Shown here: positions 1 through 16,968 of the stretch, in pieces
How the letters are laid out: every line of letters begins with the position of its first letter
Numbering within the stretch: position 1 is the stretch's first letter
Assembly (NCBI RefSeq): GCF_009914755.1
Contig: NC_060930.1
Length of the DNA stretch: 64,000 nucleotides
Source: the human T2T-CHM13v2.0 reference genome, Homo sapiens
Direction: 5' to 3' (one strand)
Program-made: the position numbers and the translations under genes
The notes under the pieces: model-generated
Database searches by the model: none
What the model was told of the DNA's origin: nothing
The model's input: only the letters and a program-made list of their open reading frames with translations

Positions 1-199
1 GGGAAAAACAGTGAGATAGCTGGGAAGAATACTCCTGAGGTCAGAACAAATCTCAAACACTAAGCTAATGAACTGTCCCTTCAAAAGAGCTAGAATGGAT
101 CAGTTTGTGAAGCAATTTATGCCACAGGGCATTGTTGAAAACAACTGAATGATTGGCTACAATTAGTGGAGCCTAACAGCTGGATATGGTCAAGAGTCA

Positions 200-780
<581 letters not shown>

Positions 781-3700
781 ATGCTTGAGTTCTTTGGCTT
801 CTAACTTCTGGAAAAAATGTATTTTCTGGTTTATAAGTATATCTACCAAAATATGTTAAATGTGTTTGATGACACCTAAGTATCTCAGAAACTAAACTTG
901 TTTTTTAAATTTAAACCTCAGTCTTTCTCTCCAGTTCCCACTCTTTGGTCCACTGAGCGTGCTGAGGATTGTAATGCTTCCTAAATGCTCTAGTTTTACT
1001 GCCAGACTATATGGCAAAGTTAGGGACTGCCTGAGGAACTTAATAATACATAATTCGAAATTCATCCCAGAGATACTGATTCATTAGGTTCACAATAGGG
1101 CCCAGAAATATATATCTTAAAAAGTATTACAAATAATGTGAGTATCCATATAGATTTGGTGACTATTCGCAGCGCTAACAGGCCCAAGAACATTCTTTCA
1201 TGATTCAAGTGAGCTGTCTTCACTCGTACAACTCCCCCCCGCGACATAACTGATTTTTCAAGTTAAATCCACCTTTTACACATTTTTTGACATATCTTAA
1301 TTATGCAACTATAACATGCATACAACAGATCTACGTGAACAGTAAAGACTGTTCTCTTTACAAGTACCAAGACTACAGTGTGTGCGTTTTTTTTTTTTTA
1401 AAGCTACTTTTCATAGAAGGCATTTGGCTGGTACATTTTTCAAAATTTAGTATTAACTTCTGATAAGAATACTTTTAGTTTTTCACCATCATAAGCAATT
1501 TTACAGAAGTAAATGTTTTCAAAATTAAACTTGAGAAAAAGAACTTTATTTCAAGACATAACACAATTCGGATAACAAAAAATAGGAGATAAACATCACA
1601 CAATAATAATGGGAAAACATTAAAGCAATTGATATTTAAAGGAGTTATGTTCTACCTATAAGATATTCCATTGACTTATGATCCATTTTCCCACTATTTC
1701 TACTGAGGAAAACTGCTAGATGAAGGATTTATGAGATTTGCTAAAAATTGGAATAGAATTTTCTTAGGCTGTGGGAACATCTCGATGTGTTATAAATAGA
1801 ACAGACTGTGTCACAGTTTTGAGACTGGTGGTTCCAACCACGGCCAAGTAAACAGTCTTAATGTCCTCTAACGTATTATTCTATCTTTTGTGATATTATG
1901 ATCATCTATTGATGGCTGTCAATTCAGAAAGGCCATTTAAATGCCTAAGTTCTTGCAATTAGTAAACATTTTAATGTCAGAGAAAACAAGCACACATTAC
2001 AAAACTCTATGTCCTCTGCCAAAAGACTACAATGATAACAGCTCACTGAAAAAGGCTTACGGATTTGAAATGCACTTTTGAGAAATAAGAAGGAAAGTAA
2101 TGCCCAATGAAGAACTCAATCACATTCTGACTGCAGCCATATGTTCATGGAATTGACAAGCAACATTCTACCGCAAAATGTCTTTATATACTGTATAATG
2201 ACAGAAGAAAAAACCTATAGGAGAAGCAGCCAGGCTAGCTATACTAGTTTTATGGATATAAATAAGGGCGACATTTCTAAAAGGTCAATGAGTAAACAAG
2301 GTATTCATGCCAGTTAACAATATGACCTTGACAGCTGAAAAAAACAGTAGATAAATCTGTATTTTTACAGCACTCAACTCAATTTCCAAATTAGCATATA
2401 CTTTTACATGAAGTATTACTTTTTCTATATTCAACAACAAATATAGTATAACTAGTAGAGGAATGATTTCTCTCCAACTTCGAAAGCTGTGAATAAATAA
2501 ACATGCCAGTGACCTATAACAGATAAGTATTTATTTGACTTTTGTGGCAAAAAAATAAACTATAGCTGTATTTTGAACACAGCATCTAAGTATGAAACAA
2601 TGCCCTATTTTTTATCTCCTATAAATTGGACATAAAATGTACATAGCCTGGGATTTTTTTTTCCCTTTTGGGAGTAAATTTAAACTGTATGAATAACTTG
2701 CTTGTTCCCAAGGAAATGCAGTGCACCAAATCAAGACAAGTGAACTTCAAACAAATTTGGTGTTCTCAACAGTTTGCAAGGACATAAAGAGGCAGTAACA
2801 CATGAAATTCTAATAGTACCAAGTTATCTTTGTCTACTGAATACTCTAGAATGGAAAAACCAAGCACTGTGGAGGAAGAAAGAATATCCCAACTATAGCG
2901 TCAGTGAGATTTTACATAAAATTAATACTATAGTGATAGTCAAAATGCATAATTTATATTAAAAATAATTGGGAGGTTCTCTGGTATCCTTAATTATATA
3001 GTGTTTTGTGTTATTTTGGATAGGCAAAGATATTTGAAGAAATTCAAAAACAGAGCTATAGCATATGGAAAGGACATCATAATCTACATAGGTATAAGCT
3101 GACCATTCTTTACGTAAGTTGATGAGGAAAAATCAGGCAGCTTTAAGGAAGTAGAAAGTGAAGGGAATTGCTGTATTAGGTATATCAGCTTGATAATACA
3201 CCCATTAATTATGTCCATTAACCACAATAGAAAGCCACAAGAATATTTTTTCAACCCAAAGTGTTCTTTTCAGTGTGTCCAATGCTAGGGAAATAATCAG
3301 TGCTCCTCTTTTAATAACAAGCAATATTTTCAGATTTTTATAGATATGCCTTTTAGAAAAAGGTCACCAAAAATGACCAAATACAAACAAAATTTGTCTT
3401 TTTAAATGATGAGGGGCCAAAAAATAACATGAGTTTAAAACTAGTAAATAATTTTCTCATTATGTGAGTCATATTCATCTCCAGCTTTGCTATTCAAATA
3501 CCATCTTCACAAATATAGCTATTTTAGCCAGTTATCAACATTTATTGTCTGTCTCTGTGACCTGTATCTATAGATCTCTGTGTCTCTAGATCTGAAAACC
3601 TTGATGGTCAGAATGGGCAAATGAGATGCTAAGAACAAAAAAGAAAAGAAAACCAAAAAAGATAGCCATTGTTTCAAAAGACAACAGAATTAATAATTAT

Positions 3701-4439
3701 AGTGTCTAGGCCCAAATATTTGGAAATAAATGCATCTCATTAATTTTACTTCAATTCTCTACATAGTTTGAATAAAAGATTTGTGTTTGCTGAAACAATT
3801 TAGTAACAAAGAACAGTATGGCCCATAATTGCATATTCTTCTACATATTCATTTATGTATGTTCATGACATATTTACATGTGACTACAGACTTGGTTAAC
3901 ATATAAGAGTAAATTGCAGTAAGATGCCTCCACAAATGGGGGAAAATGCACATTTCAATGAATGCTAATATATACTGAACACCTATAATGTGACAGTATG
4001 TGATAAATGAAATCTTACAAGTCATTAAAGTTTCAATGCCAAAGTTCAAGTGTCGATTATTCTTAATTTAGATTGAGATAACTTGTATTAGATTTACTTC
4101 TTGGAAAACGTGCCCAAGTGAAATGGAAATTCCTTGAATTATGGTCCAGCATAAGTCACATAACAATAGCTGAGGAAATCTAACAATCTAGAGGTTCTAA
4201 TGGCTTATGGAACAGCTGAAGTTATGTTTGTAGGAATATAAAATAAAGTTTATAACCTCTGTCAATCAATCCATCAGGCTCATACATTTATTGATAAATA
4301 ATACAACCAAAAGACAAAGAAAGAAGACTGTATATAATGGCAAATCATTTACCACTTTTACTTTGATTTTAAGAAGTAACAGTAAAATTAGGGGTATAAA
4401 GCTAAACATTTTTCAGCAAAAGATGACCAATGACTTCCC

Positions 4440-4780
4440 ATCACACTACCTCACATTTCCTGCACTCCAGGCTAACAGACTTTGTGCTGTTCTTAGAGCA
4501 TGCCAGGTACATAAAGGGCACTTGTTGCTCCCTTTGCTTGGAATGCTCTTCCCCTGGATGTCTTCGTTCAGATCCCTGTTCAAATATCACCTCTTCAGGA
4601 AAAACATCATGACCACTCTATTAAATGTAGCACTCTCTAGCCTACTTAATTTTTTAAAATAACATGTTTAACAGCAATTTTTTTCATAGCACCTGGTATT
4701 CATTATATTGGTTTTGTATTCTCTCCAACTCACCCCACTAGAGTGGCCAGGGATGTGACTTGTTCACTGATGAATCTTTA
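4440..4780 (+). mobile_element. L2 3' fragment
   Basis: Motifs ttgcttggaatgctcttcccc and tcaaatatcacctcttcagg. Confidence 0.55.
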
Positions 4781-4973
4781 CAATTTTTTAGGATTAATTT
4801 ATCAAACAGCAAAAACTGGAAGATTAATATTAAAGAATTTGCAACTTTACCTCAGTGCTATAAATATTATCTTTCCATACGATATATGCATGCTTTAATA
4901 TTTTCAGATTAAATAAGCATTAAGAGTATATCAGAATATAGCTAAATTAAAATAAGCACAAAATATTCCTTAC

Positions 4974-5024
4974 CTGAATTTCTAAAATCATTCTGTCAAT
5001 CTCATCTTGTTGGCTGTCTATTAT
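4974..5024 (-). CDS. CEP85L: CEP85L coding exon, 51 nt: IIDSQQDEIDRMILEIQ
   Basis: Acceptor ttttgttttag, donor CAG|GTAAGG; phase 0-0. The gene continues beyond the window start. Confidence 0.92.
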
Positions 5025-5475
5025 CTAAAACAAAATAAATACATCTGATTCAAATAATTTTTACATCGCTTCTTAAAAGTACCAACATTTCAAGAAAACA
5101 GCACAGAAATTTATAAATTTATTTTTTAAAAGGGTCTTTTTAAAAAACTGAAAGTATCCTTATGATTTGGGTCACACGTATAAAACTACAAAAGTCTTCC
5201 TCTAGTTCTCAATAAAAGTTTTCTCAAATTTATAAAATTTTTAAGAGTAACTTTGAGACAGACTGAATAATTAAGGAAGGAAAAAGATATCCTTTTGTTT
5301 TGGCTTTTATTTCAATTATTTAATTTTGTTTCAATTGCTATGGTCCTTTCAAATAAAAACATTCAAACTAGAAACTATGTAAGTGATTAAATATTAACAA
5401 AATATAAATCACATAAAATAGCTATAAATTATGTATCTATACACACATATCCACATAGCATAGATTTCACGTTTA

Positions 5476-5619
<144 letters not shown>

Positions 5620-6527
5620 TCAAAAGACAATTATATGAAGAAAATAAGCTCTATTTGCTGATTTTGGTAATGATTTCAACATAAATGATTATTGCTTTAT
5701 TAAAAAATATTATAGACCCTAAAAATGACATCAAGACCCACAGACAGTATATGAAAAACTGTTATCTATAGTTCATAACAAGTAAGAAGGGTCCATAGTT
5801 AGCTAGAGGCTGATCATCTTTTCAGAAATGGCAAATTTGAGACCAGAGTCCAGAGTTGCTCAGTATGTGACATCCTTAGGCTCCGATGAAGTCCTTCATT
5901 ACCCAAATCTGAGCTCTGAAGTCTAACTCATGTTCTTTCCTTTTCCTCTAAAAGCAGGGTTCCTTGATTAAGATGATCATTGCAGGGAACCTAAGAATAT
6001 GGATCCACATCTTTTGTTCTTTATTCTAAGCTCAGCAAAAGTTTGCTTGTAAGAATAGCTGTTGCCTAAATCAGTAGAGTTGCATTTCTCTTTCATTTCT
6101 TTTCTTTTTTTTTTTAACTTTTATTTTAGGTTTGGGGGTACACGTACTTACAACTGTATTAATTGAGACCCACGAGGCAAGAGAAGTAAGTAAATCTGGA
6201 AGATACATGGCAAAACTGCTGTACCTTTTACTTGCAGTAAAGTTAGAAATAGGAGCCAATCACTTCAATTTGATATATTCCATTAAGGAGTGCAGTTTGA
6301 GTATTTTACTGGCCCCTTTTTCGTTATTTAGAATTTTTACTTTTTTTTTTTTATAAAGCCATTAGGTAAAGGGTTTGTATTAATATTTTCAGTCTTCATT
6401 TGTATGAGTTTTTATTTTTACTATTTTCAACAGAAACTTTTGGCAAGATATCAATATATTGCTTCAAAATGTTAAATTATAACTGAGATAACCTGTTTCA
6501 ATGAAATTATGCTTCTAGTTCTTAATA

Positions 6528-6765
6528 CAGGTTGAACATCCCTAATCCAAAAACCTGAAATCTGAAATGTGTCAAAATCCAAAACTTTTTGAGCATGGAC
6601 ATGATGCTCAAAGGAGATGCCCATGGCAGCATTTCAGATTTTGGATTGTCAGAATTAGAAATGCTCAGTGGGTAAATACTTGGCAAATATTCCAAAAGCT
6701 GAAAAAAATCTTAAATCTAAAACATCCCTGGTCACAGGCAGTTTGGATAAGGGATGAGCATCCTG
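6528..6765. mobile_element. Tigger4a/MER46-type MITE
   Basis: TIRs caggttgaacatccct ... agggatgagcatcctg, flanked by TA on both sides. Confidence 0.85.
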
Positions 6766-6878
6766 TAGTACATCTTTAAATTAAGGAGAATAAAATAAAA
6801 ATTATAAATTAATTTAAGTAAAATGTTTTATGAAAAATACGAATAAAATAATGTAGAAGGATTCAGAAAATTTTCTTA

Positions 6879-7034
<156 letters not shown>

Positions 7035-7294
7035 CTAAGGAGAAATGTTTTACAGTTCATTACACATGAAATATTAAATACGCTTCTATTAGAAACTGTT
7101 ACTGTGTTGGCAAGGATTAACAGACTTGTAGCTAAAAAAAAAAAAAAAAAGAATCACACTGTATTTTATCTAGAGTATTTAATTCTCCATCTCTTCCTCT
7201 GTGTGAAAGGCACCTAGAAGAACAGAATTACAAGGAAGAGAATGGGGTTAGAAATTTGTAGAAGACCGAGAAAGGTTAATATTCTCATTTTAAA

Positions 7295-7790
7295 TTTATT
7301 TTACTTTTATTGTAATAAATATATAACTCTATACTGTCTTAACAATTTCCAAGTGTATGACAGGTTGAGGTTAAGTACATTCACATTGTTGTGCAACTAA
7401 TCTCCAGAACTCTTCATCTTGCATAATTGAAACTCTATATCAATTAAACAACTCCCCATCTATCTCTCCCTCCATTTCCTGGTAACCAACTTTCTACTTT
7501 CTATCTCTGTGATTGAATTCTTAAGGTATCTCATTAAGTGGAATCATACAGTATTTGCCTTTTTGTGACTAGCTTATTTCACTTCACAAAATGTCCTCCA
7601 GGTTAATCCATACGATAGCATGTGTCAGAATTTCTCTCCTTGTTAAGGCGAACAGGATTCCACTGTATGTATATACCACCTTTAGTTTATCCATTTATCT
7701 GGTCATGGACACTTGGGCTACTTCCACCTTTTGGCTATTGTGAATAATCACATTATAAACATGGGTGTACAAACATCTGTTCAAGACCCT
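7295..7790 (-). mobile_element. L1MB-type 3' fragment
   Basis: Reverse L1M 3'UTR motifs: gtggaatcatacagtatttg, tttggctattgtgaataat. Confidence 0.7.
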
Positions 7791-7994
7791 TAACTGCCAC
7801 CCCAGTGGATGTTAGGTATTTTCTGACATATTTTCTAATACCCATTGCCCTCTGTTCCTGCTCATGCAACCTCCTGCAGTCCTTAATTTCCTGCCTGACT
7901 TTAATCTCTCTTAGTTTTTACAACTTATAAATTAATGTAAAATAAACAGAGAATGCAACATAGGTCTTAAAGTATGCAGAGTGACACTTCATAG

Positions 7995-8220
7995 ATTAGA
8001 TTCTTGAGTGGGGGTAACTTTACCCCCAGAAGACATTTGGAAATATCTGTTTACATTTTGGGTTTGGGATAAACGAGAAGGAGCACTGCTATTGGCACTT
8101 AGTGAGTAGAGGGCAGATATGTGGATGCAGAAGTACACCCTTCAAAGATCAAGGCACACCCCTGTAACAAAAAATTATCTGCCTCCAAATGTCAATAGTG
8201 CCGAGGTCAAGAATCCCTGG
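7995..8220. mobile_element. MER20-like hAT MITE
   Basis: Motifs ggcacttagtgagtagag and aaatgtcaatagtgccgaggtcaagaatccctgg. Confidence 0.65.
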
Positions 8221-8801
8221 CTTAGAACAACTTTGGGAAGAGACTGAAGAGTAGATCTAGTGGATTTATAAATAAGGTTTCAAGAGAGTGGCCCTCACCT
8301 CAGTTAGGAGAAAGACTCTGAGGTATTGTTAAGGAAAAAAAAATAAATAAAAGAAAAAGTCAGAGGAGTTAATTGAAGTCATAGGTCAAGGTATAAGAAA
8401 AATATATATATATATAAAGGTTAAGAAGAATGAAGAAAATATCTAGAAAGATAGTCAACAAAAGGTCTTGTCGAGCCTTGGTGAATCCTAGAGACTGTGT
8501 TGGAAAGCACCAGAACTGGGGGTGTGTGCATGCATGTGTATGGGGTAGAGGTTGGCAGACTGGTTTAGAAACTAACTTCTACAGTAGTTAAGAGAGTTAC
8601 AATACAGGATCAATAGGAAGGTAATCACTTATTAACTGACAAGAAAGATCTACTTATGCATGCTTAGATAAACAAAGTTTCTTATTAGAATTAAGTCCCC
8701 AAAACAGCAATTAAACACATAGATTTAACTTATAGTTAGCCAAATTTCTAGAGTCAAGTTAACATGTTTTCATGTCATTTAAAGATAAGCATTTTATTTC
8801 A

Positions 8802-8960
<159 letters not shown>

Positions 8961-9130
8961 CTAAAAGCAAACAATTATGAACCTTCAGTAGTTTTCAGTC
9001 ATTAAAAGATATAACAAAACCAACACTTTAATATTAGACACCATTGAATTCACCAACAGTTTCAGGTTATAGCGAAGGCCACTAGCAACTCAATTAAGAT
9101 TTACCTTATTTCATTCTAAGATTTACACTT

Positions 9131-9439
<309 letters not shown>

Positions 9440-10714
9440 AAGATTTACACTTAAAAAAATTTATGTCACTGAAATCAACAGTTTAGGGAATATTTGCTTT
9501 TACCATGGACGGCATCCTATAAATTGTCATCAACCAGGGGGCAGTAATGACATAGTTTTTATTGCCTGCACATGTGCAAATTTGGTCAAGGCTGTTCATA
9601 TCTTTGTGATTTCAATATTGTCATATACATGTAGAAACTATGTGTTGAGTTTAAATGATGTCTAAAATGCCTAAACAATGTTACCTTACAATTTAGTATG
9701 GAACAATGTTATTGGGTGCCCAGACAGGCACAGAAAAAAAGCCTTTGAAATCAGTGAAGTATTCATCTCTGAAGGAATGACTCCGATTTCTTAGTTTTTG
9801 CATAACTATACCCAAATGCTTTATGGGAACTAAGAGAGGAAGATACTACAAGTAACTAAAACTATTTTGTTACTAACAGACTTGCAGAGAAATTGCTTAT
9901 AGTGTACTAAACAATGCAACTAAAGCTGGAAGAATACACCAAATACTTAGGGGCAGATAATGGACTAGTGAAACCAATTCATACCTCAAGCAACACTAGT
10001 TTAAGGCACTGTGTCATAATTGAATTTGCAGCTTATTTTCTTTCTAAAAACCACAAAATAAAGGTGTCTTACTATTGATGTCATTTTAGGATTGATAAAG
10101 TATGGTAACCGAACACTTATGTCACACATGGTGTGTACACACATGATAATGATTCTAGTAAATCCCAATTTATATAGGCTGAAAGTCAGATTTTCATGTA
10201 CTTTTTACCCCCTACTACATGAAATATATCATCTATAAATTTCATATCTCATAGTCAAAGCTCTTTCATATTTACTCCTATTTACCTTAAATTAACAATC
10301 TTCCAACCATTTAATCCTCTTCAAAACTTACAGGGTTCTAAAATATTTTTACAGTGTTTTCCCATATTCACTGGGAAAATAACTGGCAATAATTAGCAGT
10401 AAGATGGATTATTCTTTCAAACTTTATTAAAGCTAACACTTGTTCACAGTCTAGTTTCTTTCATGTATTTTCTAATTTTTTTCAGGTCTAATGTATAACG
10501 TTTTTAAAACTTCATGTGGAAAAATTATTCATTTCACCAGTGACATTAGGATCTACTTATGACCTCTGGTAAGGAGCAACACTGGTAAGACAAACACATC
10601 CTATTATTTATTGGGGCTTTCTTAGGATTAAAGGTAAATGTGCTGGTGTGACAGTTTACCCTGTGATCTATCAGAATAGAAAACCTTACATACTGTTGGC
10701 ACTGGTGGTGACCA

Positions 10715-10820
10715 TGTAATACAATTCCTTTTTTACAGATGAGGCCCAAAGATCTTTAGTGACTTAACAAGTCACAAAATCAGAAGTGGAATTTGAATCT
10801 AGATCATCTGACTGAAAATC
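10715..10820 (-). mobile_element. MIR fragment
   Basis: Core ttttacagatgagg...gaatttgaatctag. Confidence 0.5.
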
Positions 10821-13800
10821 AACTTTCTTTCAGTTCTTTGTTATGACTCATTATCAGGTTCTTATTTTAGTAACCAGCTGTGCTTGGTCCCCATCAACCA
10901 AGCCTGCTCTTGCCTTAGCAAATGACCCTGTACATTACAGAGGTAAACATGATAAACCAACCTATGTTTACTTAATGCTCTCTAACTTGGACTCAACTGT
11001 CTAAATGTCTTCAATGTGACAAAATGATGCCTCAAAAAGCAATGACTGGAATAGGTCTGTCTGTGTGCAAAGATGTCCTACTTTTCTTCTTTTTCTTTTG
11101 GTTGTCCAACTCTCTTTGCTGTCATGTCAAGCTTGCTTCCCTTGATCACAAATTGCTGCCAACACTCTCCTACGAGACACTGTCTCTGTTATTTGTTGGT
11201 CACATGTTGATCATACATATTCATTGGGTCTTGGGTTTTTTTCAGCCTGCTCACAGATGACAAGCTCTTTGTTTTGTTTTTTGGTGTTTCATTTTTTTTT
11301 AAAACTGCCAAGTTTTGTGCTGTCCCATACAAACAGAGGTTACTGAAGTCTGAACTGCATTAATTACCTCCAGATAAATGAGGTGTCACTAATAAATCTT
11401 CTCTATTCTATTAATACAAGGCTAAGTTTTTCTTTTCAAAGAGGTATGACGCAATACTGATATCATTCCTAGAAGGTAATAGGAAGGACATGTTTTATAA
11501 GAAGTTCACAAAGTTACTTTTCTTTATTATCTGGCTTTTATAAGAAAGAACTCAAAGGTAACATTATTATTACCACATTGTTTTTTCTGTCATAGAATCA
11601 GTCTTTGATAAGGATTACAGAGTAAATGCCAAAAGAAACAATATGATCCAATCTTGTGTGGACCCAAAGTGCTGTTTGTTGATTTGTTATCAAGGAGCCT
11701 GCTCTTCCTAATCTATGCACTCCCTTCAAGAACTCAAGTCATCTCCATGTGCTCTGACACAAACTCTGCCCTCTACATCTATCCCCTCTCCTCAAATTTC
11801 TCTGGTATGTACATTTCCATTCTTAATTGCCTCACTCCCACAGAAGCTACTCCTCTTCTTTTCGGAGAGTAACTCTACCATATTTGCATCTGTTACCAAC
11901 CCTTCCCGAACTTGCTCCATTATGCACCCACTCTGACATCTTTGATCTCTCTCTCTCTCATTGTTTTTTCCCTAGTCTACCTTACTGCTTTCTCTCCCAT
12001 CCTGGCAAAAATTACCTGAAAGAATTCATTCAACATGCCAGGCACCATGAATGGTGCTACATACGCCACAGAGACACATTCAAATACAATCCCCCTGCCT
12101 TCAAGGAGCTTAGAGAGAAATATAAAAAATAATGATTATACAAATTGGGTTGAGCCCTGGAAAAAAAGAATAAAATGCTATAAGCATATGAAAGGAGGAG
12201 TAGAAGGGAAAAATATTAAGCTAGATTTGAGCAAATAAATAGGTGACTTGAAAGTGGGAGAAAAAAATAGCCAAGTATTTACCATGCAAAAAGGCCACTC
12301 TGTGTAAAGATCCTGATACCAGAAACAAAGCCTGAGCTGTCTGAGCAACTGTAACACCCAGTGTATCAATACACAGTTTATCAGAGGAAGATTGGCAGAA
12401 CCTATGGATATATAATTAGGCAATGTGTCTCAGGCCATGGGAAGAATTTGATTTATATTTTAAAGACCTGGAGAGTAGTGTCAGCAAGATGGCAGAAAAG
12501 CAAGTCTTGAACTCTCCTTCCCCAAACCAACATGTGGGTTCAATTAAAAAAATAGTAAAACCCCCAACATGGACAAATTCCCTTTTTAAGAAATCCAAAA
12601 ATTAGTCAAGAAGCTATTGTACTCTGGGTGAATGCAAAATCAGCCACATGGAAGCAATTAAGGAAATGTAGGACACCTGTAATCCTACCCCCAATACAGC
12701 ATATGATCAGAAGGAACCTGTTGGGAAAGAAAATAGTTGGATCACACATCCAACACCCCAACTTTTCTGGGTGCTGTTCAGAAGACTGGCTTCTTCCTTG
12801 CCTGTCTTGGAACACTAATAGGACCATGACACTCTTGCTGCCTGGGACCAGTGAGATCAGACCGGTGAGATCAGAGATGATGGTTTAGGCTAGCAGTTTC
12901 CACAGTCCACAGCTCCAGCTCAGCACTCCAGCAATGAGTGAAGAAACTCCAGATTCAAGTTTCTCCCTGTGCAGAGAAAGCAATGGACAGAACACCCAAC
13001 AATCTGACTTTTCAGAAGTCTGGCCAAGGGACTGGCTGAAATTCTGCTTGTCTGAGTACTGATGGGACCTAGAATACTCCTGAAGCCTGAAGGATGCTAA
13101 GAACAAAAAAAAAAATTAGTTAAACTAGTACAAAGATATGAAAAGCCCCCCTCTCTGGCCAGACTGATTAGTGAGGGTCTTCTCCTGTATAAGGCTAGTC
13201 TCTGAGGAGTGGAAGTGATAGCTATTTTATATAATATACAAGTATCAACTTAAAGAGGGAGGAAAAATTAACACACAGGGAAATATGTCCAAAACAAACA
13301 AAATAAATCTCCTGAAACCAAATCTAATAAAACCAAGATACATGATTTGCCTGAAAGAGAATTCAACATACCGAACATAAAGATGCTCAATGAGGTCAGG
13401 TAAACAATGCATGAACAAAGTAAAATTTCAACAGAGATAGGAAATACTTTACCAAACAAATCTTGGAACTAAAAAATATAATAACTGAAATAAAAATTCA
13501 CTAGAGAGGGTCAAAAGCACTCTAGATCAAGCAGAAGAAGAAATAAACAAACTCAAACACAGGTATTTGGAAATTATCAAGTCAGAGTAACAAAAAGAAC
13601 AAGGAATAAAAAAGTAAAGAAAGCTTGAGAAACTTAAAAAACACCATTAAGCGGACAAATATACACATTGTAGGAGTCCCAAAAAAGGAAGGGGGAGAAA
13701 GGGAAAGAAAGCTTATTCAAAGAAATAATGACTAAAAACTTCCCAAATATGTGTGTGTGGGAGGGAGAGGCAGGAGGCATGGGGAATGGACATCCAGATC

Positions 13801-14084
13801 CAGGGGACCCAATGGAACCCAAATAAGATGACCCCAAAGAAATATGTACAAAGACACAGTTAAATCAAATTGTCAAAGTCAAAAAGAGAATTCTGAAAGC
13901 ATCACAAGAAAAATGACCTGTCACATGCAAGAGAACTCCAATAAGACTATGAGCAGATTTCTCAGAAGAAATTTTGCAGAGAAAGTGGGATGATAAACTT
14001 GCACTGCTTGGGCAATGGGGAATGGGGGTAATTGTCAACCCAGAATAATGTAAGAAGAAGTGTTCTTCAAAAATGAATGGGAGT

Positions 14085-14430
<346 letters not shown>

Positions 14431-14533
14431 TTATAGTTGATTACCTACCCTTGTACTATAAAAAATGTCAAGAGGAATTCTTCAAGTTGAAATAAAGGGA
14501 TGCTAAACAGTAATACAAAAGCATAAGAAAGTA

Positions 14534-14616
14534 CAGTTGTCCCTTGGTATATGAAAGGGATTGGCTCCAGGACACCTCATGTATAACCAAATCCACACAT
14601 GCTCAATTCCTGCATA
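14534..14616. mobile_element. MER2 (Tigger-family) terminal fragment
   Basis: TA + cagttgtcccttggtat...ggattggctccaggac; only one end is present. Confidence 0.65.
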
Positions 14617-15994
14617 GAAGACATACAAATAGTGAACAGGTATATGAAAAGATGCTCAACATCACTGATCATCAGGAAAATGCAAATCAAAACCATCTCG
14701 TGCCTGTTAGGCTGGCCATCTTTTTTCTTGAAAAAAGAAAATAACAAATGATGGCAAGGATGTGGAGAAAGGGGAACCCTTGAACACTTGGTGGAAATGT
14801 AGAATGATACAGCTGCTATGGGAATCTGTATGGAGGTTCCTCAAATAACTAAAAATAAAACATGATCAAGCAATCCTACTTCTGGATATTTATCCAAAAG
14901 AATTGAAATCAGGATCTCTGAGCAACATTTGTACTCCCATGTTCCTAGCAGTATTCACAATAACCCAAGATGTGGAAACAATCTAAATATCCAGCAACAG
15001 GTGAATGAGCAACATAAATGTTATATACACACACACACACATATATACACATGCACACACACACATACGTGTGTGTATATATATACACACACACACGCAC
15101 ACACACACACAAAATGGAATATTATTCAAACTTTGAAAAGAGAAATCCCATCATTTGTGACAAGATGGATGGCTCTGGGGGATATAATGCTAAGTGAAAC
15201 AAGCCAGTCACAAAAAGGCAAATACTACATAATTCCACTTATATGAGATAAATGAAACAGAGAGTAGACTGGTGGTTGTCAGGGACTGGGGAGCAGGGAA
15301 GTGGGAGTTACTCTTCGATGCATACAAAGTTTCAATTACATAAATGAATAAGTGCTAGAGATCTGCTGTACAATATGCCTATAGTTCTGAATTATACACT
15401 CAAAAATTTGTTAAAAGGGTACATCTTGTATTAAATGTTCTTTCTACAACGAAAAGAGAAAATATAATGGGATGGCATAAATTAGTTTTAACCAAAGAAG
15501 TAAAATGACTGGATCCTTTGTTGTTAAAAGTTAAGTCCTTTGCGCTATCAAGAATGGATTTGGGAGGATGTGGAGAAACTGGAATTCCCAACACTAGTAG
15601 TGGGAGTATTAAATGGTACAATCACTTGGGTAGTTTCTTGTAAGTTAAATATCGACTGTACAAACCCTATGATCCAGCAATTCAACTACCAGGTATTTAT
15701 CCAAGATAAATGAAGACACACATAGACAAAAAATCTTGTACAAGAACGTTCACAGCAGCCTTATTCATAATTTCTCCAAAATGCTAAAAATCCAAATATC
15801 TATCAACAGGAGAATAGATACACTGTAGTATATCTTTATAATGAAAAACACTACTCAGCAATAGATAGAAACTGATACATGTAGCTATAAAAATAAATCT
15901 CAAAGACATTGAATAAAAGAATATATACCATGTAATTTCATTAATATGAAGTCCATGAAAAGTCAAAATTATACTGATAATAATCAAAAAGCAC

Positions 15995-16290
15995 ACACAC
16001 ACCACATTTTCTTTATCGATTCTTTGCTTAATGGGCATTCAGGCTGGTTCCATATTTTTGCAATTGCAAATTGTGCTGCTATAAACAAGCATGTGCAAGT
16101 GTTTTTTATGTAATGACGTCTATTCCTCTGGACAGACACCTAGTAGTGGGACTGCTGGATCAAATGGTAGCTCTACTTTTAGTTGTTTAAGGAGTCTCCA
16201 CGCTGTTCTCCACGCTGTTTTCCATAGTTGTTGTACTCGTTTACATTCTCACCAATAGTGTAAAATCATTCCCTTCTATTTCATACCAAC

Positions 16291-16292
<2 letters not shown>
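15995..16292 (-). mobile_element. L1PB/MA-like fragment
   Basis: ccacattttctttatc...ggatcaaatggtagctctacttttagtt. Confidence 0.65.

Positions 16293-16294
<2 letters not shown>

Positions 16295-16339
<45 letters not shown>
16295..16339. repeat. (CA)n microsatellite, ~22 units
   Basis: Read directly. Confidence 0.95.
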
Positions 16340-16342
<3 letters not shown>

Positions 16343-16734
16343 GCATGCATATCTAGTGTTCCTGTCTGTGTATTTGGTTTTTAGCTTCTTATTCTGAATC
16401 AGGGGCTTCAGTTTAATAACTTAAGTTGCATCATTATTAAAGATAGGCCAGCTTCATTTACCAACCCTTTATGCCCAACATGACAAAAAAAATGAAATCA
16501 TAGACTCAATAAGGAAAAGGAGAACAGTTATTTGGTGTAGGCAATTAATTTTTTAAAGATTTTACTATTTGTTAGAAAGATATACAAGAGCATTTCTATC
16601 CTCAAAGAAAATCCTTGGATTTCTGCAGACAGCAGAGGGCTTCTCAAAAGTTACTACAAAATTAATCACCTCCACATAAATGTATACATAACCTGGCATG
16701 ACACCTGACAGGGTAAATGACAGACAAATAATTA

Positions 16735-16968
<234 letters not shown>

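Noticed and set aside
1140-1260. Small CpG-containing non-repeat patch as a regulatory element
   Set aside because: Too short, with no recognisable motif; it cannot be supported without conservation data.
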